Source: Candidatus Krumholzibacteriia bacterium (GTDB taxonomy: Bacteria; Krumholzibacteriota; Krumholzibacteriia; LZORAL124-64-63). Taken from it: a stretch of 64,000 nucleotides of DNA. Below are positions 47,124-56,311 of this stretch, one piece after another. A model generated the notes under the pieces. That model was given only the letters and a program-made list of their open reading frames with translations. It did no database searches and was not told the DNA's origin. Where the stretch lies: positions 128,001-192,000 of the forward strand of contig JBFXKG010000004.1 in assembly GCA_050174015.1 (NCBI GenBank), in the 5' to 3' direction. Position numbers and translations under genes: made by a program. How positions within the stretch are numbered: position 1 is the stretch's first letter; the number at the start of each line of letters is the position of its first letter.

Positions 47124-49172
47124 CTATTCCCGCCAGAACCGGAACCGGATGTGGCTGATTCCGTCGCAGTGGTAATCGCTGATGACCGTTCCCCAGGAAT
47201 TGCTGAAATCGACGTCCGTGATGTTGGCGCAGACGCCGGTTCCTGTCAGGTTGAACTCGGCCAGATAGTAATGGTCGCTCGTATCGGGGGCGACGGGCAG
47301 GGCCCCCTCGATCTCCAGCACCGTGGCCCCCCACACCTCCCTCACCACGTACGAGGTGATCCGGCCCGTCGCCGGATCGATCGTGATCTCGATCCCGCTC
47401 GGGGACGACCCGGTGAAGGTGTTGCCGTTCCAGGTCCCGTTCTCCGCCTCGAAGGTCTCGTACATGGCGTGATCGGCGGTCGAACCGCCCACGTACAGGT
47501 AGGTGACGTAGACGTCCTCGATCTCCACCCGGCAGTGGTTCGCCGCCGAGAGGTCGATCCCCCCGGGGATGTGGGCCTTCAGGGTGATGGGGCGGGTCAC
47601 GGTGTAAGGATCGTCATACATGTTGTCGGTCACCAGGGCGAACAGGTTCCAGCCCTGCACGGTCATGGTGAGGATGTCCGGCACGGCGACCGACTCGTAG
47701 CCGGCCGACAGGAATTCCAGCGTCGAGGTGTTGTACCGGAACAGCGAGAGGTGACGGTTCTCGGCTCCCGTCAGGGTGAAGATCAGCTGATCCGACGGCT
47801 TCAACCCCACGTAGCCCAGCGAGATCTGGTAGATGGCTCCCGACAGGTCCGAATAGGATCGGGTCCAGGTCTTGAGCGTGTCCCGGGCCGCGGCGATGGT
47901 CCACTTGTCCTCGGCGTTGACGAACCAGGTGGCCCGCGAGACGTCATCGTAGACGTTCCCCAGCACGTAGTCCGACATGAACACCTCCCACCACCCGGCG
48001 GGATCGTTCCGGCACACCGCCTCGACGGGATGCACCTCGTTGCGGATGTCCCCGTAGACGGTGGCCACGAAGGTCTGGCCGTACCGGTCGGCCAGGTACT
48101 TGATCACCGCCGACATTCCGTACCCGTGGTGACGGGCGTTCTCCTCGGCGCCCTTCTGCATCCCCGCGAAGGGGGCCATCTGGTGGGAGTTGCGCACCGG
48201 CGAGACGTAATCCGTGACCGAGGTGAAGAACTCCTCCGACCAGACGGCCGCGGCCTCGTCCAGCCAGTAATGGCGCGAGGGACCGTCGGCCTGGATCATC
48301 GGCGCCCGCGGATCGTAGAATCCCTGGACGATGTGGAAGAACTCGTGGGCGCAGGTCGTGCGCATCATGGGCAGGTCGTCCAGGATCTCCAGGGCCAGCT
48401 CCAGGTAGCCGTGATCGTCCCCCAGCTTGGAGCTCATGGCCCCGCCGTCGTCCTCCAGGGACTTGAGCGTCACGTCGACAGGCCAGTTCGTCCGGGCCGA
48501 ATAGCTGAAGCCCAGGGTCCGGAACCTGTCGTAGGCCTCCTCGAGATAGGATCCCATCTCGACGTAGTGGTGCAGGTGCCCGAGGGGAACGCCGATCCGG
48601 AAGTGGCCCTGCGGCGTGGTGTAGAGCGAGTACCCCGTGATCACGCCGACTCCGAACCAGAACCCGCCCGACCCGGCCCCGGCGCCCGTTCCCTTGCCCG
48701 GGTCCGGAGCCGGAATCACCGCGGTGATGGTTTCGCCGTCCCCCGTCGAGGGCAGGATGCGATAGCTCGTCCGAACGTCGTCCCGGCTGCGGCAGAACGC
48801 CTCCTCGCCCAGGACCACGAAGGTCTGGTCGCCCTCCGTCTTCGCCCCGTGCTCGATGGTCAGCTGCAGCGGTTGATCGTAGTCGTCGGGAAGCCCGTCG
48901 ATCCGGTACATCCTGGTCGCCTGGTCGACGCCGAAGGGCCGGTCGTCGTCCGAGACCGCGATGGTGACGGTCGCATCCCCGGTGAAGCCGGCCGCCGGCA
49001 CGGAGAGCGTGAGCTGATCCCCCGTGATCTCTCCCCCGGCGGGCCCGATGGTGGCCGAGGCGATCTGCGTGTAACGGGGACCGGGGTCGAGGGGGGCAGT
49101 GGGATCGTCGTCGGAGGAGCAGCCGCCGGCGAGGATCACCGGCAGAATCAGCATGATGGGGCGGAACCTCAT
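47124..49172 (-). CDS. Lipoprotein with zinc-metallopeptidase (HExxH) domain
   Basis: Lipobox LAGGC; ZU5-like TIGPAGG; AHEFFH...WLDEA gluzincin-like motif. Confidence 0.7.
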   Translation of the reverse strand: MRFRPIMLILPVILAGGCSSDDDPTAPLDPGPRYTQIASATIGPAGGEITGDQLTLSVPAAGFTGDATVTIAVSDDDRPFGVDQATRMYRIDGLPDDYDQPLQLTIEHGAKTEGDQTFVVLGEEAFCRSRDDVRTSYRILPSTGDGETITAVIPAPDPGKGTGAGAGSGGFWFGVGVITGYSLYTTPQGHFRIGVPLGHLHHYVEMGSYLEEAYDRFRTLGFSYSARTNWPVDVTLKSLEDDGGAMSSKLGDDHGYLELALEILDDLPMMRTTCAHEFFHIVQGFYDPRAPMIQADGPSRHYWLDEAAAVWSEEFFTSVTDYVSPVRNSHQMAPFAGMQKGAEENARHHGYGMSAVIKYLADRYGQTFVATVYGDIRNEVHPVEAVCRNDPAGWWEVFMSDYVLGNVYDDVSRATWFVNAEDKWTIAAARDTLKTWTRSYSDLSGAIYQISLGYVGLKPSDQLIFTLTGAENRHLSLFRYNTSTLEFLSAGYESVAVPDILTMTVQGWNLFALVTDNMYDDPYTVTRPITLKAHIPGGIDLSAANHCRVEIEDVYVTYLYVGGSTADHAMYETFEAENGTWNGNTFTGSSPSGIEITIDPATGRITSYVVREVWGATVLEIEGALPVAPDTSDHYYLAEFNLTGTGVCANITDVDFSNSWGTVISDYHCDGISHIRFRFWRE

Positions 49173-49225
49173 GTCATACCTCCCGGTATCGGTTCCTCCA
49201 TCTTACTGGAATCGTTTTATCAATT

Positions 49226-50017
49226 TCAACCTTGAATCATGCGGGGCAGGATGCCGCCGGGGTGTCCGAAGTGGGGCAGGACATCATCCCTCCCGCAGGA
49301 ATCGGGATCCACGAACGTTCCCCCTCCCGGAGAATAGTAGAGGCAGCCCGCTTCGGCCGGCGGCCGCCTCCTGATGAAATCCTCCGCCGTCTGCAAGGCA
49401 TTCGTCCAGTCCGCCTTGATCCGCTGAACGTCGGGCGCCCCGGTCAAGTCGAGGCGTTCGAGGTCCTCCTGACGGATCCGCCCCCTCCGTTTCAGCATTT
49501 CAAGCAGGGACAATGGTGAATACCCGGGGTCCTTTCCAACCGCGGCCCAGACCAGGGGGCCGAGGGGCAACAGGGTCTCGTGAAGAAAGAGGGTATCCAG
49601 GAGATCCCGAGGTTCCTCCCTGCCAGCCAAGGCCAGGACCTTGTTGGTCGCCAGATCCACTGGGTGCAGCTGAAATCCGAAATCCTCGCTTTCCATGACC
49701 GGCATGAACCGCCAGGCCGAATCCTGCGCCCACTCGATCTTGGTCACCGATTCCCCGTCACCCACCACGGCCCGGATGTAACCCGGCTGGCTGATCTCGA
49801 TCTCGACCTCGAGGCCGCCTCCCGTCAGGAGTTCCCGGTCGGCTGCGAAGGCCGTCGCCACTCCGGCGACGGTGTCGTGGAAATAGTCCAGATCATGGCT
49901 GAACCTCCGGCTGTTCGGAGCGGCCAGAATGGCGGCTCCGCCGGCAAGGTAGCTGTCCTCGCTGCGGTTTCCCGCAAGTAGCCTTCCCAATCTCGCCTGG
50001 AATCCCGTCAACGGCAT
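49226..50017 (-). CDS. AbiEii/DUF1814-like nucleotidyltransferase (putative toxin)
   Basis: YLAGGAAI..RFSHDLDYF, DLATNKVLALAGR and PRDLLD motifs; overlaps the upstream small gene. Confidence 0.7.
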   Translation of the reverse strand: MPLTGFQARLGRLLAGNRSEDSYLAGGAAILAAPNSRRFSHDLDYFHDTVAGVATAFAADRELLTGGGLEVEIEISQPGYIRAVVGDGESVTKIEWAQDSAWRFMPVMESEDFGFQLHPVDLATNKVLALAGREEPRDLLDTLFLHETLLPLGPLVWAAVGKDPGYSPLSLLEMLKRRGRIRQEDLERLDLTGAPDVQRIKADWTNALQTAEDFIRRRPPAEAGCLYYSPGGGTFVDPDSCGRDDVLPHFGHPGGILPRMIQG

Positions 50018-50274
50018 AGCTGGATCCCCTTTTCCCAGGCCTTGCGACCTCCGTACTTCATCAACCTTTCGGCGACCCAGTCCACATCGGCCGCGGTGAT
50101 CCGGAGGTCGGGGGAACAGGACCAGAAGCACTGCGCGAAGTAATCCCGATAGGCGCGACGGGCTTCCCTGACCCGGACCATGGCGCGGGCCTGGTCGGGG
50201 CTGAGGGCGCGACGGCTCCGCATCCCCCCCTTGCGGCCGATTTCAGCCAGGTACTTCCGCACGGTATCGTTCAT
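50008..50274 (-). CDS. Small protein, putative cognate antitoxin (N-terminal EIGRKGG, C-terminal DUF6922-like)
   Basis: Coupled to the NTase gene; CFWS..DL..VAERLMKYGG..W resembles antitoxins paired with AbiEii-like NTases. Confidence 0.6.
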   Translation of the reverse strand: MNDTVRKYLAEIGRKGGMRSRRALSPDQARAMVRVREARRAYRDYFAQCFWSCSPDLRITAADVDWVAERLMKYGGRKAWEKGIQLCR

Positions 50275-50280
50275 GAAATC

Positions 50281-50309
50281 ATCATAAGCGGGTTATGGTG
50301 TTGTTACAA
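50281..50309 (-). promoter_or_regulatory. Leaderless sigma70 promoter with inverted repeat
   Basis: TTGTAA-17-TATGAT-6 nt-ATG(50274); repeat CATAA-n5-TTATG at 50283-50297. Confidence 0.7.
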
Positions 50310-50328
50310 GTGGAAAAATAAGATAACT

Positions 50329-51372
50329 TCACGAAATTCCGCCGACCCTTCCGATCACCCGCGCATCGCGCCGCAGCATGTCCAGCGTGACGTTGGAGCC
50401 GCCGGCCGCGGCCGCCTCGGCCACCGCACCGGCCGCCTTCTCGCGGCCGTCCTTGAAGGCCCGGCGGATCTTGCGCGGATCGAACTCCAGCGAGCCCATG
50501 TGCAGCACGTCGGGACGGATCAGCACCAGATCGGCGTAGCGGAACCCCGCGAAGGGAAAGCCGGCGGGCACGTCCCCGTCGCGCACCTTCAGGTCGTGGC
50601 AGAACTTCACCCCCGCGTTGATGGCCGCCGCCAGCTTCAGGTCGTTGCGGAAGACCTCGTTGAGCAGCAGGTCCACCGACCTCAGGGCGATCTCGATGCC
50701 GCTGTCGATCTTCTCGGGCCCCGGCACCCGTTTCATCTCCAGTGGGCTGGCCATGATGACGTAGATGGTGTCGGGATCGCGGAGGTTGCCGGGAGTGTCG
50801 TCGCGTTCCTCCTCCAGGGCCTGGAACGCCTCGGACAGCGGCGTGATGTTCCGCACGCCGCCATCGACGTACTTCCTGCCCTCGATCTCCACGGGATTGA
50901 ACATGACGGGGATGGACGCCGAGGCGAGGATCATCTCCAGGATGCCGGGGTAGGCTCCATCGACCGCGAAGTACTCGCCCGACAACAACTCGACCACCCC
51001 CACGCGCAGGGTGCGGCCCGAGGTTCGGATGCGCTCGGGATCGATGTTCTTCCGGATGAGCTCCCACAGCGGCTTGTTGGAGTAGATGCTGTCGGCCTTG
51101 AAGATCAGGCCCAGCACGCCTCCCACGCGGGTGGTGTAGATGTCGCGGTTCTCGCGCAGGCCGTACCAGATGCCCTTCAGGGCGTCGAGCTGCCGCAGCA
51201 AGCCGGTCCAACCCTCGCCCTGCGCCAGCATGGCCGCGTTCAGGTTGCCCGTTGACACCCCCACGATGACCGCGGGGTCGATCCCCAGGTCGCGGATCAG
51301 GTAATCGGCCGCCCCCAGCTCGAAGGCGCCCTTGGCGCCGCCGCCCGACATGACCAGTGCCGTCCTGCCCAT
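50329..51372 (-). CDS. Patatin-like phospholipase
   Basis: GGGAKG, GVSTG, ASASIP and DGG motifs. Confidence 0.9.
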   Translation of the reverse strand: MGRTALVMSGGGAKGAFELGAADYLIRDLGIDPAVIVGVSTGNLNAAMLAQGEGWTGLLRQLDALKGIWYGLRENRDIYTTRVGGVLGLIFKADSIYSNKPLWELIRKNIDPERIRTSGRTLRVGVVELLSGEYFAVDGAYPGILEMILASASIPVMFNPVEIEGRKYVDGGVRNITPLSEAFQALEEERDDTPGNLRDPDTIYVIMASPLEMKRVPGPEKIDSGIEIALRSVDLLLNEVFRNDLKLAAAINAGVKFCHDLKVRDGDVPAGFPFAGFRYADLVLIRPDVLHMGSLEFDPRKIRRAFKDGREKAAGAVAEAAAAGGSNVTLDMLRRDARVIGRVGGIS

Positions 51373-51591
51373 GATCGTCTCCCTCGTTGGCGTGGTTTCC
51401 CCACAGGGTAATCGCGACGGAGGGGCCGCCACCACCATTTTGGCGTTGCTCCCCCGGAGCGATGGCGGATCATCGTCCCATTCAGACAGCCATACCGATC
51501 AGACCGGGGGGGGTGACCATGCGCACGATCCGAATCGTCCCGACAGCCTTCGCCGCCCGGCCGACGGCCCGACCGGTCTGGCAACCCGGGT

Positions 51592-51933
51592 TTACAAGGA
51601 AAGGACCAGACGCAAACCCTCCGCGACACGGTCCAGATGTGGTTCGGGAATGCGGCCGGCAAGCTCCACCAGGAACCGCCGGTCGAGGGTCAGGATCTGG
51701 GATACGTTGACCACCGAATCCTTCGGCAGACCGCTGATCCTATCTTCCAGCAGGACGTTGCCGGGAGCGGCCGCCAGATCCAGGTTGGAGGTGATGGCGG
51801 CCACGACGACCGTCGCGATGCGGCTGCGGTTGAAGGCGTCCGACTGGAGGACGAGGACCGGACGGCGATATCCCGGCCCCGAGCCGCGGGGTGCAGCCAG
51901 TTCGGCCCAGTAGATTTCACCTCTCCGGATCAC
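51592..51933 (-). CDS. mazF: PemK/MazF endoribonuclease toxin
   Basis: RGEIYWA..GS.PGYRRPVLVLQ.D.FN, AAITSN and SVVNVSQI motifs. Confidence 0.92.
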   Translation of the reverse strand: MIRRGEIYWAELAAPRGSGPGYRRPVLVLQSDAFNRSRIATVVVAAITSNLDLAAAPGNVLLEDRISGLPKDSVVNVSQILTLDRRFLVELAGRIPEPHLDRVAEGLRLVLSL

Positions 51934-52169
51934 CAGTCATCCCTGGCGAAGCTGGCCCGCTGGAGGGCATCGAGGACGAAGTCGAGGCCGCGGTCCTCGG
52001 ACCGGGCATGGACACGATCCAGGGCCTCGGTGACGGCCTCATCCCCTTGATTTTCCAGGTACCTGGCAATGGCGCGCTGGTAGAGCTCGCTGCGGGAAAC
52101 TCCCAGACGCCTGGCCAGGCGGTCGGCGGCCTCGAAGAGGGTATCGGGAATGGAGATTGCGGTTTTCAT
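51930..52169 (-). CDS. Ribbon-helix-helix antitoxin (MazE6/ChpI-like)
   Basis: MKTAISIPD..ADRLA..GVSRSELY; GTGA overlap with mazF. Confidence 0.88.
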   Translation of the reverse strand: MKTAISIPDTLFEAADRLARRLGVSRSELYQRAIARYLENQGDEAVTEALDRVHARSEDRGLDFVLDALQRASFARDDW

Positions 52170-52175
52170 GGTCAC

Positions 52176-52193
52176 AGTATAACTCGGTTATAC
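52176..52193 (-). promoter_or_regulatory. Leaderless -10 box with perfect inverted-repeat operator
   Basis: TATACT-6 nt-ATG(52169); GTATAAC-TCG-GTTATAC at 52177-52193; the -35 box is weak. Confidence 0.7.
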
Positions 52194-52708
52194 CCCATCA
52201 TCCAGCCTTTTCTTTCCTGTTGTCGGTTCGAACCGCGACCTCGCCCGGGGCCCGGAAGCCCTTGCTCGATCCCCGGGTCCGGGCCCGCCCCATGCAGATC
52301 CCCGGACCCGTGGTGAAAAGTCCCTCATCCCATCGTGAACAGGTTGGATTCCTGAAATTCGCCATCGAGCGGCTGGCCACCAGGGGATTCACACGTCAAG
52401 TCTTTCCCGGGCTTCCGGACGGGGTATTGACCGCATAATCCCCCTTGCCGGGTTGGTGACAGCCTGAATGATCCCGGATGGAATCCCCTGAGGCCGGCGC
52501 TGATTCTCCAGTCCCCCCTCGCAGTGTAACCACACAGGTCGGGGCGCCCCAGCTGCTCGCGGGGGCGGCTGGTCACCTTCGGGGGTGACAGGCCGGCGGA
52601 TTGCCGGCCTGGTAGATCGGGGCGCTCCTCCGAGCTGCGACGTACATGCGGGAATTCGGAATGTGGAACCGGAAAGGATAAGGCCGGCCGGAACAGACCC
52701 GTCGGTCG

Positions 52709-53506
52709 TCAGAAATCTTCGTGCTGATAGGGGACCAGCCAGAAGAACTCCCTGCTCCGCGACCGCACCAGGGCCTTGAGGTCGGCGTCCCACGGGACCG
52801 CGTGGCGGGTCTTGCGATCGGTTTCCCTGATGGCCCGCCTGCCTTCGTCCAGGAAGCTGCCCGGACAATCCAAATCGAAGAAGGTGCAGAGATCCGTGAG
52901 GGTCCCCACCGGATCGGCGACCAGCCGGTCGTGGTTCATCAGGAACAGCCGCTGGGCTCCGAAGTTCGTGTGGACCAACTTGACTCCCATACATCGCTCG
53001 AAAAATTGCCGGACTTCCTGCTCCAGGCGGGGGCGGGTCACCGATCCGCCCGGCCGGGCGCCCTTCAGGCTGGACGAGGCGATCGCGTCGAAGGGGTTCC
53101 GGTAGGCGTGGATGAACTTCTTGGCGAGGGTGATCTTCTCGGCCACCGAATCCACCGACCGGGGCCGGCTGAAGATCTCGCGGGCGGATGCGCCGGCGCG
53201 GCGGTCCCCGATGACCCGCAGGGCGCCGGACTTCCGGCGGCCCGCGGCGGTGCGGCAGATCAGGTCGTAGAGCTGGTGTTCGCTCACGCCCTTTTCCAGG
53301 AGCCGGAAGGAGTTGCTTCCCTCCGAGATCAGGATCTGCGGGTGATGATTCAGGAGCTGGCAGATCAGCCGGCCCTGGTGCTCGTCGTTCCCGACGAAGA
53401 AACAGAAGGTCTGGAGTCCGTCCAGGCGGCAGGAATGTCTCCTGAAAAGCGGTTTGCCCCAGGTTCCCCTGATCAGATCCCTGGTGATTTCGAAACCCTG
53501 CTTCAT
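52709..53506 (-). CDS. Sulfotransferase-fold protein with degenerate PAPS-binding loop
   Basis: FFVG....LL.HHP, VIGDR, RNPFDAIAS and LVADP..TL..LCTF motifs; lacks the RSG[ST] motif. Confidence 0.6.
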   Translation of the reverse strand: MKQGFEITRDLIRGTWGKPLFRRHSCRLDGLQTFCFFVGNDEHQGRLICQLLNHHPQILISEGSNSFRLLEKGVSEHQLYDLICRTAAGRRKSGALRVIGDRRAGASAREIFSRPRSVDSVAEKITLAKKFIHAYRNPFDAIASSSLKGARPGGSVTRPRLEQEVRQFFERCMGVKLVHTNFGAQRLFLMNHDRLVADPVGTLTDLCTFFDLDCPGSFLDEGRRAIRETDRKTRHAVPWDADLKALVRSRSREFFWLVPYQHEDF

Positions 53507-53807
53507 GGTTCCACCTGAATTACGGCGGTTTCCCGCCCGACGCGCAGGCCGATCCCCGGCCAAGGATAATCAAGGCAGCTCCACCACAAAATCAAATTTT
53601 GAAATTCCCGAACCAGCTCATCGTTCCTTTGGCCCAGCCACATCCATCCGTGAATGTCGTATCCAAAAAACAGGCAGGTCGCCCTCTTTCAAGCCGTATC
53701 CCCCGATCTCATGCCTCGATTTCCTTGAAATCCAAATAATAGGCCAGGAATATCGAAAATTATGTGGATGGTCCATTTGAGATGAATTATCCTCATTTCC
53801 CTGAGTT

Positions 53808-53822
53808 CGGCACTTAATTGGC
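53808..53822 (+). promoter_or_regulatory. Possible sigma54 -24/-12 promoter upstream of the flippase
   Basis: CGGCAC-TTAATTG-GC (GG-N10-GC) after an AT-rich tract; imperfect match. Confidence 0.25.
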
Positions 53823-53958
53823 CCTTGTCGATCGCCCCAGACCTGAGGGGCGTTCCTTCCTGGCCCAGGTTATCGCCTCCCCGAAAGTCCGGATAGCCCA
53901 TGTCCCTCCACCATTCCAGGACCCTCCTCCCTGAAGCTCGTCGGGGCCGAGGCGACTG

Positions 53959-55284
53959 ATGCTCAGCCAGTCGATCTATCTGTTCCTTTCCAATGCCGCC
54001 GGATACGGCATCCGCATCATCCTGCCCATGTTCCTGGTCCGGGTCCTGACAAAGGAGGAATTCGGGGCCTACAGCCAGTTTTTTCTTCTGGAAACCCTCA
54101 TCCAGACCATCTTCCAGATGGGTGTGAGCCAGTCGCTCTACTATTTCGTCCCGCGCGACCGGGACAACTCCGCGGCCTACCTCCTCAACAGCGTCCTGCT
54201 GAACACACTCATTTTTTCCGGCGCCTACACCCTGATCTATCTGGTCCGGGATACCGTCGCCGCCCAGACCGGGATGCAGATCGTGATCACCCTGTTCTGG
54301 TACCTGGCTCCCTATTCCTTGATCATGGTCCTCAACGTCACGGTGCTGACGTACATGACGGCGACCCAGAACATCAAGGCCGCCTCGGTCCTGACCATCA
54401 TTCGCGAGGTCCTGGCCATCCTGGTCGCCATCCCCGTCGCGTACATCTACCGGGACTTGCACGCGGTCATCCTGGCCCTGGTGGGAGCCCGCGCCCTGAG
54501 CCTGGTGATCAACATTCTTGTCGTCCATTTCAGGATCAGGGGTTTCCGCTCCAAGACCTTTTTCTTCGGGATCCGGGAGCAGGTGCGGTACGGGGTGGTG
54601 CTCGGCCTCGCGGGATCGGTCTGGGTCTATTCCATGCGCTTCCATGAATTGATGGTCAGCCGAAACTACGATCTGGAAACCTATGCCATCTATGCGGCAG
54701 GCTGCAAACAGATCCCCTTCATGCAGTTCATTTCCCAGGCCCTCGTGGCGGTTGCTCTCGGCCAGTTCGCCATCATGATCAAGAACCAGGACTGGAACGG
54801 AGTCAGGTCGCTCTGGAACCGGGTCCTGGGTACCATGTACGGCATCGGAGTTCCCCTGACCTTGCTCCTCTTTGTCTTTGCGAAGCCTCTGGTCGTTTTG
54901 ATGTTCACGCCGGAGTACGTCGACGCCGTCCCCATATTCCGCATGAACCTCCTGGCAGGTCTGGGCCTCGTGCTGAATTCCACCTTGGTCCTGCGGGGCC
55001 TGAACCGGAACGACATCACCCTCAAGATCAACACAGGTATGTTTCTGCTCCTGCCTTTCGCCTTGTACGGCGGCATGAAGCTTGCCGGCACCCTGGGGAT
55101 CATCTCGGTCAACGTCGTTTTTCTGCTCGGATCCCGGATCGTGGCCCAGACGGTTCTCAACCGTTTGGTCCCGGTCCACCTGCCCTACGTCGCACCCATG
55201 GGCAGCATCATCCAGTTCTATGGGAATTCCTTCGCGAAGTTGCGAACCGCAGCCGGGAAGGCGCTCTCCATCGGCAGGAGTTGA
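53959..55284 (+). CDS. Wzx-type oligosaccharide flippase (MOP superfamily)
   Basis: LVRVLTKEEFGAY, YAIYAAG and LMFTPEYVDAVPIF motifs; about 12 TM segments. Confidence 0.85.
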   Translation: MLSQSIYLFLSNAAGYGIRIILPMFLVRVLTKEEFGAYSQFFLLETLIQTIFQMGVSQSLYYFVPRDRDNSAAYLLNSVLLNTLIFSGAYTLIYLVRDTVAAQTGMQIVITLFWYLAPYSLIMVLNVTVLTYMTATQNIKAASVLTIIREVLAILVAIPVAYIYRDLHAVILALVGARALSLVINILVVHFRIRGFRSKTFFFGIREQVRYGVVLGLAGSVWVYSMRFHELMVSRNYDLETYAIYAAGCKQIPFMQFISQALVAVALGQFAIMIKNQDWNGVRSLWNRVLGTMYGIGVPLTLLLFVFAKPLVVLMFTPEYVDAVPIFRMNLLAGLGLVLNSTLVLRGLNRNDITLKINTGMFLLLPFALYGGMKLAGTLGIISVNVVFLLGSRIVAQTVLNRLVPVHLPYVAPMGSIIQFYGNSFAKLRTAAGKALSIGRS

Positions 55285-55290
55285 TCCCCC

Positions 55291-56244
55291 TCAGCTTCGG
55301 TAGCCCACGCGCCGCGCGACCTTGCCACAACCAAGATCCAGAAGCCAACGTTCCAGGGCGGGCACGGCCCGTGGGCCGGATTCCGGTTGGCGGGAACGGA
55401 TCTTCCGGATGGCGTTGGGGCTCAGAACCTCCACCCCCAGGTATGCGGACAATTCCGAAAAATCCTCGGTTGCAAGCAGGTCCTCGTAGCGCAGGAACCG
55501 ACCATCGACCAGTTCGGAGTGATCGAGGTAATCCCTGGCCATTTCCGCCCAGTAGCGTCCAAAACGGTAGGGCGTGAAGATGGGTTCCTGGGGCCACCGC
55601 AGGTACCAGCTGCGGGAAGTCCGGTAGGACCGCCAGGCATGGTGGGGATTGCGGATGAGGAAAAGGAAACGGGCCCTGGGGAAAAGCCACTGCAGGTAGC
55701 GCGCATCGTCCACGGACCAGCGAACTTCCTTGATCCCCCAGCGATCGCACCCATGTCTGCGTGCGGGCTCGGCGAATAACCGGACGAAGTAGGCCCGGTG
55801 GGCGGCGTGCATATCCTTCACGGCAGGATAGAGGTTGGCGACCCACCTGTCCGCCGCCCCTTCCATCTCGCCGTCGAAGAAAAAATTGCGCGGGGGCCAT
55901 TCTCCCGTGAAAGACAGCCATTGGCGCTTGAGGGTCCCGAGGATGTCGCTGTGATCGTAAGGTTCGCCCCAGATCAGGACCCTGCCGCTGCCCATGAGCA
56001 TGCGCTGCAGCATGGTTGAGCCGGCACGCCATCCTGCCGAAAAGATGAAGATGGGTTCTTCCTGCGGGTCTGACTGGATATCCCCGCAATCATGGATGAA
56101 GGGTTCTCGCGAAACGAAATCCCGGATTTCCCGCATGATGGCCCGGTGGCGGCGGCGCGCCGGCCGCGGACCAACCAGTGCTTCCATGATCTCGATGCCC
56201 TGCTTCAACGGGGGCCAGCTTCGCCAACCGGTGGATGGACTCAC
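55291..56244 (-). CDS. Sulfotransferase family protein
   Basis: GGGAGG + GTG; PIFIFSAGWRAGSTMLQR, WGIKE, LIRNP..AWRS and RYEDL motifs. Confidence 0.88.
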   Translation of the reverse strand: MSPSTGWRSWPPLKQGIEIMEALVGPRPARRRHRAIMREIRDFVSREPFIHDCGDIQSDPQEEPIFIFSAGWRAGSTMLQRMLMGSGRVLIWGEPYDHSDILGTLKRQWLSFTGEWPPRNFFFDGEMEGAADRWVANLYPAVKDMHAAHRAYFVRLFAEPARRHGCDRWGIKEVRWSVDDARYLQWLFPRARFLFLIRNPHHAWRSYRTSRSWYLRWPQEPIFTPYRFGRYWAEMARDYLDHSELVDGRFLRYEDLLATEDFSELSAYLGVEVLSPNAIRKIRSRQPESGPRAVPALERWLLDLGCGKVARRVGYRS

Positions 56245-56311
56245 CGGGGACCTCCCTGGGAGTACGATGACGTTCGTGGAGCGTCCGGTCGGGACCGGAA
56301 CCCGAGCTTCC

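Noticed and set aside
49226..51372. CBASS (patatin effector + nucleotidyltransferase)
   Set aside because: The NTase has AbiEii/DUF1814-type motifs rather than the CD-NTase GS..DxD pattern, and has its own promoter and small partner. No Cap2/Cap3 genes are present.
52200..52700. Structured ncRNA in the 500-bp gap (hairpins at 52572-52611)
   Set aside because: GC-rich hairpins are expected by chance or as terminators; no recognisable RNA family. An Rfam scan would be needed.
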